64,000 nt of DNA, taken from assembly GCF_009914755.1 (NCBI RefSeq), contig NC_060933.1; one strand, written 5' to 3'. The notes below the pieces were generated by a model that saw only the letters and a program-made list of their open reading frames with translations, was not told the DNA's origin and ran no database searches. Both the position numbers and the translations under genes were made by a program. Source of the DNA: the human T2T-CHM13v2.0 reference genome, Homo sapiens. Shown piece by piece: positions 63,611 through 64,000 of this stretch; position 1 is the first letter of the stretch, and each line of letters begins with the position of its first letter.

Positions 63611-63818
63611 ACTGTATGGCTATAATATCACTTTACCTGCCATATATGCCATAAAATTGTTCTTCATATTATTTATCTAAGATTATAATTTCATATAGAA
63701 TGCTTTCAAACTATGTTCAGTTGAAACTGAAAGGAACATAGTTTATAGATTTGTTTCTTCAATATGCCATAACAGATGTTTAAACAATTATTAAATATTT
63801 ACTCTTAAAAATACTTGA

Positions 63819-63998
<180 letters not shown>

Positions 63999-64000
63999 TT

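Overview
Primate (human-like) genomic DNA, Alu/L1-rich, with the mosaic structure of a segmental duplication. Most of the window (13101-55243, + strand) is a complete, unprocessed ANKRD20A-family gene: ankyrin repeats plus coiled coil, 15 exons, all introns GT-AG. It is disabled by only two small indels, +1 nt in exon 4 and -2 nt in exon 15. Three further ANKRD18/ANKRD26-type exons with open frames and intact splice sites follow (56739-63974) and probably continue past the window. Intron 12 hides a decayed ~1-kb CCDC144-type exon and intron 5 a U6 retrocopy. Upstream are a CpG-island promoter built from nested repeats and, from 1 to ~6 kb, GTF2I exon fragments in scrambled order (exon 10, exon 11, exon 2, exon 2). 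A short inverted duplication between chimeric Alus at ~9.5-10.4 kb may mark the duplicon junction. Gene and repeat-family identities come from my recall of known sequences, not database searches. Repeat boundaries are approximate, and neither the exact paralog nor the species can be assigned. I see no evidence of a wholly new biological system; the most interesting signals are structural and evolutionary.
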